Assembly (NCBI RefSeq): GCF_006345805.1
Contig: NC_043006.1
Location: 94,054,001 to 94,118,000, forward strand
DNA length: 64,000 nucleotides
Origin: Octopus sinensis
Taxonomy: Eukaryota
Direction: 5' to 3'
Positions 36,946-51,930 of this stretch are shown here, in pieces (the stretch's first letter is position 1; every line of letters begins with the position of its first letter). Position numbers and translations under genes: made by a program. The notes below the pieces were generated by a model. It was not told the DNA's origin. It searched no databases and was given only the letters and a program-made list of their open reading frames with translations.

Positions 36946-37662
36946 TGTTAAATAAAATGAAACAGCAAAGCCAAGGATGTGTGGAATTTTTAGGACATTT
37001 ATAAAGAGAAAGTTAATCTTACAGCTGTTTCTGGGATATTAAGGATATCTCTTCATCAGAGACGCTGTGAGATGGCTAAATAGAGTTCAATATAAGAAGT
37101 CATTTAGGCTATATTAGACCATGTTGACCATCAACTAACACTCCTTTTTTCATTTTCTCTCTCTTTCTTCTTTCCTCGCCTATTCCTTTTGACCATTCTC
37201 CTCATTTTAACCAACACCTTTTCTCTTCTTTCTATCTACTTAATACTACCACTACATTCTCAAATTTTCATTTACACCATAAGACCCCTTTGAATGAACA
37301 GCACATGGAATCTGCGTCTCCACGCTTTCCATTTCTAATGACAAAATATAAACTCCTGGAATTTACATACCACGGACAAGAAGCATTTCTACCACTTCTA
37401 CACACCACTTTCCTTGGATAATGGAACTGCAGCTATAACATCCTACATATATTTTTATTTATCCTTTTATACTTCTTAGCTCAATCCCTTTCTCAAATAA
37501 CTCCTTATATTGAACTCTAATATTTCCCTCTATTTAAACATCTCACATCGTCTCTGATGAAAAGATATCCCTAATATCACAGAAACAGCTGTAAGACTGA
37601 CTTTCTCTTTATAAATGTCCTGAAAATTCCACACAGCCTTGGCTTTGTTGTCTCATTTTATT

Positions 37663-37667
<5 letters not shown>
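36946..37667. mobile_element. Penelope-like fold-back element, ~140-bp inverted arms each with a hammerhead-like motif (family E)
   Basis: Arms 36946-37085 and 37525-37667; plus motif 37550-37597 GTCT-CTGATGA...GATAT ccct a ATATC...GAAAC AGCT GTA-AGAC; mirror motif ~37018-37063 on minus. Confidence 0.6.
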
Positions 37668-37701
<34 letters not shown>

Positions 37702-39489
37702 TATATATATAGTTGTGGCCGTGTGGTTACGAAGCTTGCATCACAACCACATGATTCTGGGTTCAGTCCCACTGTATGGCAACTTGGGCATATGTCTTCT
37801 ACTATAGCCTCAGGCTGACCAAGGCCTTGTGAGTGGATTTGGTAGATGAAAACTAAAAGAATCCCGTCGTATGTATGTGTGTTTGTGCCTGTTCCCCACC
37901 ACCACTTTACAACTAGTGTTGGTGTTTTCATCCCATTACTGACCATTACTGACCATCATGTATGGCTGCATATCTTTATATGAACTTAAGTACCAGAGAA
38001 AAGAAAAGCTACAAAGGTGCTTAATCCTTAAAATGGTACCGATGGGTCTATTCTTTACCAGAAAAGGAAGTGATGGCCATGTAAAATATGGTGGAAGCTT
38101 CGTTGTTGTGAGTGAAGGGTTTGGAATCAAGGAATCTACTATTTGTTCTATATAATAAGTGTGGAGAGAATGAAGGCTCATGGTTCAATGGTTAGGGTCT
38201 TTGGTTCACGATTGCAAGGGTGTGGGTTCGATTCTCAGTGGTGCATTGTGTTCTTCAGCAAGATACCTTATTTTGTCTTCCTTTGTCCAGTCCACTCACC
38301 TGCATCTGTTACACAGAATCTCCTTGAGAACTATGTTAAGGGTATGCATGTCTGTGGAGTACTCAACCACATGCATGTTAATTTCACAACCAGGCTGTTC
38401 CATTCATTGAATCAACTGGAAGCCATTTCTTCATAACTGACAGAGTGCCAGTGTGGAGAAAATTCCTCTAATTCTGTTGATTTTGTTTTTTAAATTTTTT
38501 CTCCAGAATGAATGAGGGCAGATGTATTTATTTTGGTTCTTTGCATTCTGATTTCGAATTTCATCAAGGAAAACTTAGCCTTTCACCTCTTTAAGGTTGA
38601 TAAAATAAAAGTACTAGTGAAGAACTGTGGGTCAGCTTAATGGAATAACCACCAACCTCTAAACTCAATGGCACTATGTCAGACTGAAGCCAGTATATAA
38701 AATACCTTATGATATGTAATGTATGTCATAGATATCGTCCACCACAAGATGCAGACCTTGCTGCAGTGTGGCAGCTTGTGTACTTCATTGGTCGTGAGTG
38801 TGACGCCGGCAGAGCTGCAAGTTCCTGGTAGGGTCTACCATGCTGGACAAATCAAAGGTCAGAGGCTAGGCTAATATGGACCATCTCTTCCCAGAGATAA
38901 AAATGGGTTTGCATAAGGACAACATCACTAACTAGATAAAACCAAAATTACAAAAGCATTGTTGATAATTCAAAACTATTAATACTAGGAAGAAGAGGAC
39001 CTTCTCTCAGGGAAGAGCACAATTGAGGAAGAGCTGGCAAGAAAAAAGTAGGGGTCCAATGAGAAAAAAGCAGAAAAGACAGCCCACAGTGAAAAACAGT
39101 AGAGAAAAGTTGTCAATACTCTACGATGCATGTGGAGCAAAGGGCTACATGAGAAGGACTAATTAATACAGCATAAAATATTTTCTCAAATGATTGCACA
39201 TAATAGTATAAACATCATATTAAAGTAGGACAGCAATTACATTTGGAGATAGACGAGAGGCATAAATCTTTAATCATATTTTATTGTTATATATATATTA
39301 TCATTGCTTGGGAAGCCATTTTTTTTGCACTTTCTCTTTTGAAATTTATTTATATATATTTTTTCTTTTTGTCTTGTTATATTTTAATCTGTTAGTCATT
39401 GCGAATATAGAATTGTGGTTTTATGATATGGTTCTGAGAACGGGGGTGGGGGGAAAAACATAGAACAAAATTACAAAAAAAAAAGACAT

Positions 39490-39639
39490 TGCTGGGTCAT
39501 ATGCATCTCTATGCATATGTATGCATATATACATATGTGTGTGTTTATAAATATATTTATGTGTCTCTCTTTATATATATGTATATATATGTGTGTGTAT
39601 ATATGTGTATGTGTGTGTATGTAAAAATGTATTTGTCTT

Positions 39640-39671
<32 letters not shown>

Positions 39672-39777
39672 CATGTTTGTATATATATTTATGAATGAAT
39701 ATATATATATATACATATACATGTATATATATGTATGTGTATGTACATGAATATATATATATATGTATGTATGTATG

Positions 39778-39821
<44 letters not shown>

Positions 39822-40599
39822 GTGTGTGTCTGTGTTTGGTTGTGTATAGTCATTGTATACAGTGTGTAGTAGATACATGTTGTATAAATAATGTGTGAAA
39901 GTATGCAGTTGTAAGCATGTGTATATGTATATATGGGCATACAAATGTACATCAATATAAAAGCACATACTCTAATATATGCATAGAGACACACATATAT
40001 ATACGCATATATATGTGTGTATATATATGTATATATTTGTGTGATAAATATATATGTTTGCGCACACACACACACACATACAAATACATACATACATACA
40101 TACACACACATATATATATATGCCTACACCCACACACACAATCTTACACAAGCACACCTGTGGATGTACAAGTGTGTACATGTATGTTTATGTGTGTATA
40201 TGTTTATATACATATATATATATATATATAGATATACAGAGAGATATATGTACACATATATATACATACATGAGTATACACAGACATGTATGCACACACA
40301 CACACACACACACATACACATATATGCATGCATATATAGATACATATGTATTTACTAGTTCATATGGAAACACATTATTGCCTACTTGTTACATCCTGAT
40401 AAGCACTAAGATGGTGGCCTGGCGGAGTCTATCCCTAAAACTGGGCTGTTATGAATATATGAAAATATATCCAGTCGGGTAGCAAATACATAGATATGAC
40501 ATTACAAGATATATATACATACACTTCATAGATTGTAGGAGAGAACTGAGTATTTCTTTGTAAGAGTAGGTATGACATATACATACATGCATATGCATA

Positions 40600-40641
<42 letters not shown>

Positions 40642-41036
40642 ATATATATATTATATAATATATATACACATATGTAAACATGCATCTACACATACATACA
40701 TACATACATACATATACACATGCATATATACACATATGTATTCATACATATATATACATATGTATGTATTATGTATGTATCTATCTATATATATATACAA
40801 ATATATGTATATATGCATAAATGTGTATATATGTGTATATATCAATCTATCTATCTATCTATCTATCTATATACATACATATATATATGTTCGTGTGTGT
40901 CTGTATATGTATGCAGACACACACATACACAGATGAATGCCTATGTACTAAATGGCAAAACACACACTCACACACACATAAATTTATATTATTATACACA
41001 TAAACATATAAGTATGCATCCATATATATATGCATA

Positions 41037-41103
<67 letters not shown>

Positions 41104-41262
41104 TATATACATGTGTGTGTGTCTCTGTGTGTGTTACTATTGTATCACTCTCTATTGTAAATTATGTTTTGAAACCAAAGCTAAATTTTGTCAAGTTTGT
41201 GATAATATTTATGTATAGAAAAGTTTTTGTGGTTTTTGTGAAAAGAATGAGAAAGAGAATAA

Positions 41263-41336
<74 letters not shown>

Positions 41337-41700
41337 TATATATATATTTAATTATTTATTTATTTATTTATATATATATTATATATTTATTTATATATAT
41401 ATATATGATTCTATACAGCTGAAATATATATGTATCTATGTATGTGTATGTCTACATGCATATATATATGTCCATATCTATCTCTCTCTCTCTCTCTATA
41501 TATATATATACATACACATACAAACATACACTTATGCATAGAATGCATACATATATTTATGCATATATATATATATAATATATATTATATCTGTATCTAT
41601 CTATCTATCTATCTATCTATATATACATATCTGTATCTATATATTACTGTGCATGTATATAAATAGTATGCATAAATATATGTAATGTATATATTATGTA

Positions 41701-41746
<46 letters not shown>

Positions 41747-41826
41747 GTACATCTATATGTGTATATGCATATACATAAATATAAATATAAGTGTATAGAT
41801 GTGTCCATATACATATATATATACAT

Positions 41827-41882
<56 letters not shown>

Positions 41883-42225
41883 ATATATATATATATATGT
41901 ATGTATATATATATATCTGGAATTGAATTTATTGCAATGTTATTTTGATTCTTTGCTTCATGATGATCACATGGTCACTCTCCAATTTACAGATTCATGC
42001 ATGCACGTACATTATATACTCTCATAATAAATGCATATTATATCTTGTATCTGTTTGTTTAGGCATGCTCAGTCACTCAAGTACATGCCACACACACACA
42101 AGCATACATATATGCACACTATATATATGCATATACACACACACACATATATATATATATAATATATATATATATATACATATATATACACATATATATA
42201 TAATATATATGCATATAAATATATA

Positions 42226-42275
<50 letters not shown>

Positions 42276-42400
42276 CTACACATACATATATGTACATATA
42301 TTATATAATTTATATACATGTATATATATGTATATATGTGTATACACCACATGCATATATTATTTATGTGTATAAAGAGTTGTTCATATAACAGTTGTAA
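39490..42400. repeat. ~2.9-kb compound (TA)n/(CA)n/(TATC)n microsatellite mosaic
   Basis: Directly visible; source of many spurious YI/VC-repeat ORFs. Confidence 0.9.
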
Positions 42401-43159
42401 GAAGCAATGACAGTCACAGTTCTATTTGCTGTTATAATTTGTAGTAGTAGTAGTAGTAGTAGTAGTATAGTAGTAGCCCTTTGATTAGTTGTAGTAGTAA
42501 TTGTTGTTGTAGTTGTAGCACTTGAAATAATATGTTTTTGGCTTTTTAAAAAAATTCTTTATTCATTAAGTTTCAAATTTTTTTTTTACTCTGATGGCTT
42601 TATATAATATTATTATTATTATTATTATTAATAATAATAATAATAATAGTAATAATAATAATAATCATAATAATAATAATGATAATAATAATAAGAAGAA
42701 GAAGAGGAAGAAGAAGAAGAATGGTAATAATAATAACAATAATAATAGTAGTAGTAGTTATAATAACAATAATAAAAAAATATTATTAATAATAATAATG
42801 ATAATAATAATAATAGTAGTAGTAATCATAATAATAGTTGCAATCACCATCATTGTTGGATAGAATAGTAATAAAAAAAAACAAAGAAAAATAATTGAAG
42901 TGGGGAAAAGTACAAACAAACAATATATATATATTATCATTATTATTGTATTAAAGTTATTTGGATGAGAAAAAGCACCTTCTACTGTTAGAAGGAGAAA
43001 TTTACGGGACTTTACTGTTATTCATTATATTTTTTGTTGTGTTTTCATATTATTTTTTTTTTCATTTTTTTTTCTTTTTATTTATTGTTTTCATTCAAAG
43101 CGTAGCTGCTGTTGCTCATAGTAGTAGTAATAGTAGTAGTAGTAGTAATAGTAGTAGTA

Positions 43160-43196
<37 letters not shown>

Positions 43197-43435
43197 TAAT
43201 AATAATGATTTAAAATTTCGGCACAAAGCCAGTAAGTTCAGGGAAGGGGTTAAGTCAATTTACATCGACCCCAGTACTCAACTGGTACTTACTTTATCGA
43301 CCTTGAAAAGGATGAAAGGTAAAGTCAACCTTGGTGGAATTTGAACTCAGAGTGTGAAGACGGACAAAATGCCATGAAACATTTTGTCTGGCATGATAAC
43401 GATTCTGCTAGCTTGCCACCTTGGTAATAATGATG

Positions 43436-43468
<33 letters not shown>

Positions 43469-43719
43469 TAATAATAATAATAATGATAACGATAATGATC
43501 CTTAAAATCTGTCCCTTTAGAAAACCATTCATCTGCAACACTGATCTGGCCCTGAAAACATCTCATATCCCCAACCCCCGCCACTATCAACCCCAATATC
43601 TTCTACATCTTCTCTCCTATACCAGCATCACAAGAATTTAACCTGTGTTTTGGCTGTAGGAGGTAAAAATGGTAAACAGAAAATGAGATATAAAATCAAC
43701 AGTCAAACAAGACAATAAG

Positions 43720-44585
43720 ACAAGATTAACTGGGTTAAACCAGACTGGAGGAGTTAGGCTTAGTCTAGGCCAGACACGAGAAGTCTAGACCAGATGAGAT
43801 ATATCCAAATAAGATGAGACCAAGCTAGATGAGTCTGTGTCAGATTAGTGTAAAATAAACTAATCTGGAATAGACTAGATCAGATCAATCAAAACCAGGT
43901 AAGATTAGATAAATCCAGACCCTATGCAGATCAGACTATGTCCTGAAAATTAAAAGCAATCCAATTTAGATCATAGATTAGTCTAAATTTTATCAGACAC
44001 AATCTGATTAATCCAGACTACACTAAACCAAATCAGTCCAGCTAGACCAGACCAATTGAGACTAGATTAGGCTAGACCAGACCAATTGAGACTAGATTAG
44101 GCTAGACCAGACCAATTGAGACTAGATGAGACAAGATTTGATCTATCTAGCCCAAAACTACTTGAAACCAGGTCTAAATCCTGCCAGATTAGCCCAGACT
44201 TGTGTTGAAACCTACCCATCCCATATTAAACTCAAACTAGACTAGGCCAGATCAAACCAGACAAAACCGGATCACTTTAGATTTGTATATACCAGAGCAG
44301 ACAAGTGCAGATTAGTCCAAACTAGATCAAACCAGACTAGACCAGTCAGGAACAACCCAGACTAGACTAGATGAAACCCCCCCAGACCTCCCCCCACAAA
44401 GACTAAATTTGACTGGCCCAGCCCAGCCCTGTCCAGCTCAACCCAGACTAGACCAGACCAGTACAAACTGGACCAAACTAGAAGATATTAGTATAGTCTA
44501 GTCTCAATTTATACGGACCATGTTAATCAAGATTAAACCAGACTGAACCAGATGAGGCTAGACTATACCAACCGAGTCTAGATTA
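43720..44585. repeat. Degenerate pentanucleotide satellite (CCAGA/CTAGA)n
   Basis: 5-bp periodicity over ~860 bp, with a 30-bp unit GCTAGACCAGACCAATTGAGACTAGATTAG repeated about 3 times at 44041-44125. Confidence 0.8.
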
Positions 44586-44626
44586 GGGCTTCCCTAACAC
44601 CCCACCCGACCCAAGCATGGACTAAG

Positions 44627-44904
44627 CTAAACGTTTGTCGATTTGTATGTTCCCGTATTCTCCTTCTGACAGCAGACTGCCACAATGATGGTGATGAGAC
44701 CGATGAAGAGGACGCCGCCAGAAACGGATCCAACAATGATGTAGATGGTCCAGATGCTAACGAGAGCAGGATACTCTTCTCTCTGCTGGTTCGTCTCATT
44801 GGCATGCGGTTTCTTGCCCATCTCTGACGCATAATTACGTGAGTTTGGTGACTTCCATGTGCTCACAATTAACGACGGCATAGTGACCCGGTCAAATTCA
44901 TCTT
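44627..44904 (-). CDS. FGFRL1: FGFR-like receptor, last coding exon: stalk, transmembrane helix, 15-aa tail
   Basis: Acceptor TTTTTTGTAG|AA (phase 1); DEFDRV...YPALVSIWTIYIIVGSVSGGVLFIGLITIIVAVCCQKENTGTYKSTNV-stop (TAG at 44629-44627). Orthology to FGFRL1 is inferred from architecture. Confidence 0.8.
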
Positions 44905-45219
44905 CTACAAAAAAAGAAAAAAAAAAACATCAATAACCAAGAAACAAAACCGAATGAATTCCAAATAATGAAAATGAAATAACAAAAAAAGAAAAAAAAT
45001 CGGGAAAATATGAAGTTATAAACGCAACTGTTACCAGTACAACCATGACCAACACATTGAGTGCCAGGAGGAAATGTGTAAATCGGCCCCGTGTGCCACG
45101 TGTGGTCTTTTTCAAATTTATTTAGTATTTCACTTTTAATAGTTACATAGAAGAATTAGGTAAAAAAATTTTTACAGGTGTAAAATACATTTATTGTATA
45201 CATGGTACTCAATGTGTTA

Positions 45220-45960
<741 letters not shown>

Positions 45961-45986
45961 GTAAAAGTATGAAATGCTACACTTAC

Positions 45987-46122
45987 TCTTCACTACAGTG
46001 AGCCAAGCGCTGGCATCTTGTATGTTTCGGTCGCCGCCTACCAGACACATGTATTTGCCAGCATCGTCGTAGGTGACATTCTGGATATGAAGAACCTCGG
46101 GATTGGCAGACGTCGGCAGGAA
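45987..46122 (-). CDS. FGFRL1: FGFR-like receptor, second half of membrane-proximal Ig domain
   Basis: GTTGACAG|TTC...AAG A|GTAAGT, 136 nt, phase 0 to 1; FLPTSANPEVLHIQNVTYDDAGKYMCLVGGDRNIQDASAWLTVVK matches the FGFR Ig3 pattern EVL.I.NV..EDAG.Y.C...SAWLTV. Not present in the ORF track in this frame. Confidence 0.88.
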
Positions 46123-46274
46123 CTGTCAACAGAAGATTACAAATGAGGGACAAAGTACAAAGGGAGGAGGGGGAGGAGGAGGAGGAAAAAGAAGAAAAAG
46201 AAGAGGGAGAGACTGATGGGGTAGAGGGAGAGGAAACTGTCTGTGTGAAGGAGAGATTGATGAGCACAATATAT

Positions 46275-46690
46275 ATTTCTTTACTACCCACAAGGGGCTA
46301 AACACAGAGGGGACAAACAAGGACAGACAAAGGGATTAAGTCGATTACATCGACCCCAGTACCGAACTGGTACTTAATTCATCGACCCCGAAAGGATGAA
46401 AGGCAAAGTCGATCCCGGCGGAATTTGAACTCAGAACGTAGCGGCAGACGAAATACCTATTTCTTTACTACCCACAATGGGGCTAAACACAGAGAGGACA
46501 AGCAAGGACAGACAAACAGATTAAGTCGATTAGATCAACCCCAGTGCGTAACTGGTACTTAATTTATCGACCCCGTAAGAATGAAAGTCAAAGTCGACCC
46601 CGTCGGAATTTGAACTCAAAACATAGCGGCAGACGAAGTACCGCAAAGCATTTCGCCCGGCGTGCTAACGTTTCTTCCAGCTCCCACCGC
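46275..46690 (-). mobile_element. Dimeric tRNA/Meta-core SINE in FGFR-like intron
   Basis: Two units joined GAAAT|AGGTATTT at 46459/46458. Confidence 0.8.
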
Positions 46691-47928
46691 CTTGCCTTCA
46701 CAAAATATCATGAAATAAAATAAAAATCACAATATAAAAGAAAAAACATTTGAATAAAAAAAAAACACAACACAAACAACAAATAAATGACAAAATAGAA
46801 TATTTTGCTGTTTGTTATTGTTGTAATTGTTGTTGTAGTTGCTGCCTTAAGTTTAAGAAATAGTCAGGAAAAAAAAGTAGTTAAGGGAAATAACTCTAAC
46901 AGCAGTACTCAATCTATATGAGTTACTTCCCTTTAAATTAAGTGAACCGTTTGTTTTGTGTAAGTTTACAATTTACGGGAATGCTAGAGTATCGCGATAA
47001 TACCTTCAGACAAGGTATTCCAATACCAACTTGATGCTTTATTCAACAACGATTAATTATTTATGAACTGTCACACGAATTCCATTTTTTTTCTCTCACG
47101 ACGGAACTTGAAATATGTTATGGCACTCCGTCGGTTACGACGATGAGGGTTCCAGTTGATCCAATCAAAGGAACAGCCTGCTCGTGAAATTAACTTGCAA
47201 GTGGCTGAGCACTCCACAGACACGTGTACCCTTAACGCAGTTCTTGGGGAGATTCAGCGTAACACAGAATGTGACAAGGCTGGCCCCTTTGAAATACTGG
47301 TACTACAGAAAGAGGAAGAAAGATTGAGAGAAAGTTGTGGTGAAGGAGTACAGCAGGGTTCGCCACCACCCACTGCCGGAACCTCGTGGATCTTTCATTT
47401 TCGATCAGTAAACACCCACAACACTTAGTCTGGGAATCGAAACCGTGATACTATGACCGCATTTTGTATGAATGTAAATTTTTTGTGTGTATAGTTTAAA
47501 GAATTACGAACCGTAGTGGATTACTTTAGAAAGAAAGAACGTAGTAGCTGTGTGCCACGCGTCCTGAGCCTGTGTCCCGCTCCCTAATTACCAAATATAT
47601 ATATATTTTTTTTTGGAGCCTCACGGAATTTTTCCATGGCTTGAGGTTGGGAATCCTTGGGGTATATAACAATAAGAAAACAAATAAACAAGCATGAATA
47701 GAAAACGTTCGAGGCAGTGCTACAGCATGGTCGTAGACCAATAATAGACTGCAGTAAAAAATACACGACACACACACACGCACACACACACACACACACA
47801 ACACGGATACACGCATACACACACACACAGACATACTCACACATACAAAGGCACACACACATACACAAAACGCACGTAGGCATGCCCCCTCACTCTCTCA
47901 CCTATATTGTAGGGTTTAACATACGCAC

Positions 47929-48071
47929 CTTTCGACCGTCCTTTGTCGAACCTTGGAATAACCACTGTATTTTCCCTGAATTGTGTGGTTTAACGCGACA
48001 GATAAACGTTGCTGACTTGCCAACACTGACGGTTAAGTTACTGGGAGGGATTATATCAAATTTCATCTGAA
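47929..48071 (-). CDS. FGFRL1: FGFR-like receptor, first half of membrane-proximal Ig domain
   Basis: TTTGTTGCAG|TT...AAG|GTGCGT, 143 nt, phase 1 to 0; QMKFDIIPPSNLTVSVGKSATFICRVKPHNSGKIQWLFQGSTKDGRK with Ig Cys and Trp; frame joins the 46122 exon. Confidence 0.82.
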
Positions 48072-48667
48072 CTGCAACAAATAACAAAAACAACAAAATT
48101 AGTTGAGGAAAATGTAAGTAATGCTGATCTTCACAACATCGTTTCATAATGTAAGTTTCCAGTTATGTCACCGATTTGTTTCTAAAGCCAAGCTTATTTA
48201 ATTCTTAAACACTCAAATTTGTTTCCTTATAGTAAAGATTTTGATTTGGTCTTCAACATCATGTTTGTGTGTGTGTGTGTGCATCATTTCATCCTACAGG
48301 TCATGCGTTCCAATACCACACTTGTAAAAATTTTAACTATGGAACGATGTTGAAGACCAAATCAAGGAAAGGTATATACAATCAATTAAAAATTCTAAAG
48401 CGTGTCATGCTACTAAAAACCTAAATAAAATATCAATCGACTAAAACAATTTTTTAGTCGATTGTATATACCTTATCTTGATAGGCCGTTCTATATATTT
48501 GTATTTTTATTTGCATATATATTTTTTTACCTTCTGCGTTTTTTGTATATGTGTATTCTCTTTTTGTATCTGAAAGGCCATGGTAATATTTATATATGAT
48601 CAAATGTATGGAAACGTAGTGTTATATAAAGACGTTGACTCGAATTTTATGTTTGTTCTTTAATCAA

Positions 48668-49040
48668 TGTTATATATATTGATATGGAGGTCAGTTGAGA
48701 AACAGAGTGCTTGTGGCCTGGTTTTGTGGTATGGCACCAAGCAGACGGGTTAAAGCCTTTGTCCTGTCGGTTTCTGAAGAGATTAATGGATTTGGAAGAG
48801 ACATCTGACCCTTTTCCGGTCAAGCAGAGCTTAAGAAACCACCCTTTAAAATGCGACGAGCTGGGTTTGTTGGTCAGTTGGCGAGAGAGAGTTGGCCGGG
48901 GTTGGTCAGTTCTGCCTGAGACAGCAAAAGGGCCGGAAAAGAGTCAGTTGGCAAAAGACAGCAGTGATACGGAGCTGGTCAATCGTCGTCGCTCGACTTA
49001 GTAGGGGTCCCGGTTCGAGTTTGAGCGACGGCAGGTTCGT

Positions 49041-49044
<4 letters not shown>
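48668..49044. mobile_element. Possible solo LTR
   Basis: TGTTA...GGTTCGTAACA termini around a GC-richer noncoding block; no TSD found, left boundary uncertain. Confidence 0.3.
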
Positions 49045-49094
<50 letters not shown>

Positions 49095-49505
49095 GTATAT
49101 ATTATATATATATATGTATATATATGTATGTATATATTGGTAAATGTGTATGTGTATGTGTATACACAGACAAATTATATGTTCAATAAATAAAATTGCT
49201 CAAAAAATGTATATTTTTAATACATGCAAATGTACAGTGAGTGCATAAAATTATATCGTCAATATATGTAAGCGTTCATATTCAAAAGTACTCCAATAAT
49301 TATTGACGTACTTTTGACAATTATAATTATCAATTCTATTTTGATATGAGCAATGAAAAATGATGACAACCACAGCATCACAAACTGAATGAAGGGGCGG
49401 GAAATGAATTTATTTACTGTTAATGCAAATTGTTTTTCATTTTGTAATCGGAGTTTTGTAAAGTCAAAATTTTAAATTCGCTTTATATATATATATATAT
49501 ATATA

Positions 49506-49820
49506 CAGGGTGCGGAGAATATATTGTCGTCTAAATTACGCAAAAATGAAAATAACATTGACACCTCATTTTAATTCATATATTTATCAAAACTACATAA
49601 AAATATCTTGAAATACTAAAGAATAAATTTATTCAATAAAATCGCCATCAGCTTCGACGACTTCGGAATCTCTTCTGGGTGGTTTACTTGTTTAAGTTGG
49701 TGAATGCTGAAATAATCCTTGCCGTCAGTTCATCTTTGGTGCTATAAGGAGTTTTGTTGGTCTCCCGTTCAACTGCGCCCCACATAATAATCGAGGGAGG
49801 CATAAGTGAATTGCGTCATG
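49506..49820 (-). mobile_element. Tc1/mariner-superfamily fragment (3' end of transposase plus one terminus)
   Basis: TA|CAGGGTG terminus; minus-strand WGAVERETNKTPYSTKDELTARIISAFTNL...DGDFIE-stop. Confidence 0.65.
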
Positions 49821-49839
49821 GTGCAGTATTTCTCACAGA

Positions 49840-50760
49840 CAGTGCCCACCTGACCCTACTATACTGTGTAGTCGACAAAATCAAAAACAAACAAGGCATC
49901 CGATGAATTTGGAAAGCTGGAACCGTGGCTCTGGTCCCAATCGCACATGAAAGCAGCGACAAAAGTTGAGGTTTATCAAGCATGTATCTTACCAGCGCTG
50001 TTGAATGGATGCGAAACCTGGACAACCAACCGTAGACATATCCAGTGTCTCGAGCGATTCCACCAGCGATGCTTGCGTGATATTTTGGAGATCAGATGGC
50101 GATGTCATGTACCTGATACGGGAATATTGCATCTGGCGAAAATGACGAGTATAGAGTGCATGATTATGCAACACTAACTTAGGTGGTCAACTCATATTGT
50201 CCGTTCAGTGGACACCTGCATGCCAATACATGAATTGTATGGTTAACTGGAGCAAAGAAAACGTCCTTAGTGCAAACCACGAAAGCGTTTCAAAGACAAC
50301 CTTACAGACACACTTAAAAAGATGGGAAGATCTTGCATCAGAAGGGAAGCTGTGGAGGAGGAATATCATAAAGAATTCTAGAACAGAGTTGCATACACTG
50401 AGATGAAACGCGTGGGAAACATATGGAGGATGTGAACCCTCTCCTTGAGCAGGGCATGAAAGAATAATTTTCGGGTGACCTGTGTGGTCGTGTTTGCGTA
50501 CCCGTCCACAAACGTGGTCACGGAGGCACCCTTTTCTACCAGTGTAATACCGAGCATGTTCTCTCGTGCAGTTTGTGTAGCAGAATGAAGGAACGGTCAC
50601 TGAACTCACTCGGTGTTGTAGTCCCCACTATTCAGATGGTCGAGCTGCTTAGAAGCTGACTTGTGGCCGGTGTGGACTGACTTTCAAGTCCCTTGCATGC
50701 CTTAAGAGCCATCAGCGACGACATCGGCGATGGGGAGACGAAACTTGAAATGTTTCCTAG
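49840..50760 (+). mobile_element. RTE-clade LINE 3' fragment with C2H2 finger remnants
   Basis: TKVEVYQACILPALLNGCETWTTNRRHIQCLERFHQRCLRDILEIRW; downstream DLCGRVC and CGRCGLTFKSLACLKSHQRRH. Confidence 0.8.
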
Positions 50761-51629
50761 AGCGGAATAGGTGTAGGAAGTGAACTCAGTCGGTTATGAG
50801 TCTACTTATACCATACATACATGCATGTATACATGCATACATACATACATGCATACATACATACATGCATACATACATAAATAAATACATACATACAAAT
50901 ATGCATATATCTTTATATATGCAATTATATGTATATATATACACATTCACATACATATACTTGGAAATGGATGCGTGGCATTCGATCATATAATAATATG
51001 AATAATATATATATGCATATATGTACATACTTACATATATATGTATATGCACATGCATATATGGGTACAGGACGTCAAAAAACGTGAACAACATGAATAA
51101 CGAGAACATGAAATACAAAATCATGGAAAACAAACTTTTTTGCGAACAACGAAAGAAACAAACAGAACAGCGAGACAGGCAACATAAAGAACAATCCCTT
51201 TCATCAGTTGTCCACTGTTTTATCTACTCCGCATTTCGAACATTGTATGTATATGTGTATGCACACACACATTTTTAATGAACTTAAACAGATGGTATCT
51301 ATCTGAAACTGAAATGTAAGGGGGTCTCTCGGGACTCCTACTGCACTAATAATTCGAAAATCCACAAAATATCAGTAGAGTATATATAGTAAAGAGTAAT
51401 CAGAGAACGGAGTCAGTAAATTGCGTTCTTTGCTAACTTTACAATTGTTTCATTGTTTCAATTTAACCAATCTTGCATCATGCCATAACTATATCAGAAA
51501 CTACTCGTTTATCCCCAACCGTTGTGCATGCATTCCATGGCCGCCCATACCAAAACGATCTCTCTTGAACGTCGTCAAAAAGCATTAAGCTGATTCACTT
51601 TCGAATCTTACCGAAAATCATATTCACCC

Positions 51630-51930
51630 ATTTAGGTCACCCTAACTAGGCGGTTATAATTAAGGAAAATATAGGAAGAAATGGAGTGAAATAGATAATG
51701 GAGGAGCAGATTTAATATTGTTAGGTAATTACTTTCATATCTCCCTGGCAGCTCGTATCCAGCAGATACTTGTTGTAGCACCCATTCATTTGTACAATGC
51801 TCCTTGTGAAAGATTCGTAACATTCTCCGATACGCCCACATTCTAAACACACTGGTTATGTTCTCTTCAAATTTCTTCAGAGTCCATGCAAACAGTCAAC
51901 CGTAAATGCCTTTTGGCCAACGCTCGCACT
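51630..51930 (-). mobile_element. Old RTE-type LINE fragment
   Basis: MWAYRRMLRI...TNEWVLQQV remnant. Confidence 0.5.

Noticed and set aside
44041-44125. CRISPR-like 30-bp direct repeats
   Set aside because: The repeats are contiguous without unique spacers, lie within a pentamer satellite in eukaryotic DNA, and no cas genes are present.
47902-48147. 81-aa ORF read as a single-exon secreted peptide with hydrophobic leader
   Set aside because: The hydrophobic stretch is the intron polypyrimidine tract, and AG/GT sites give an internal Ig exon in frame with the next exon.
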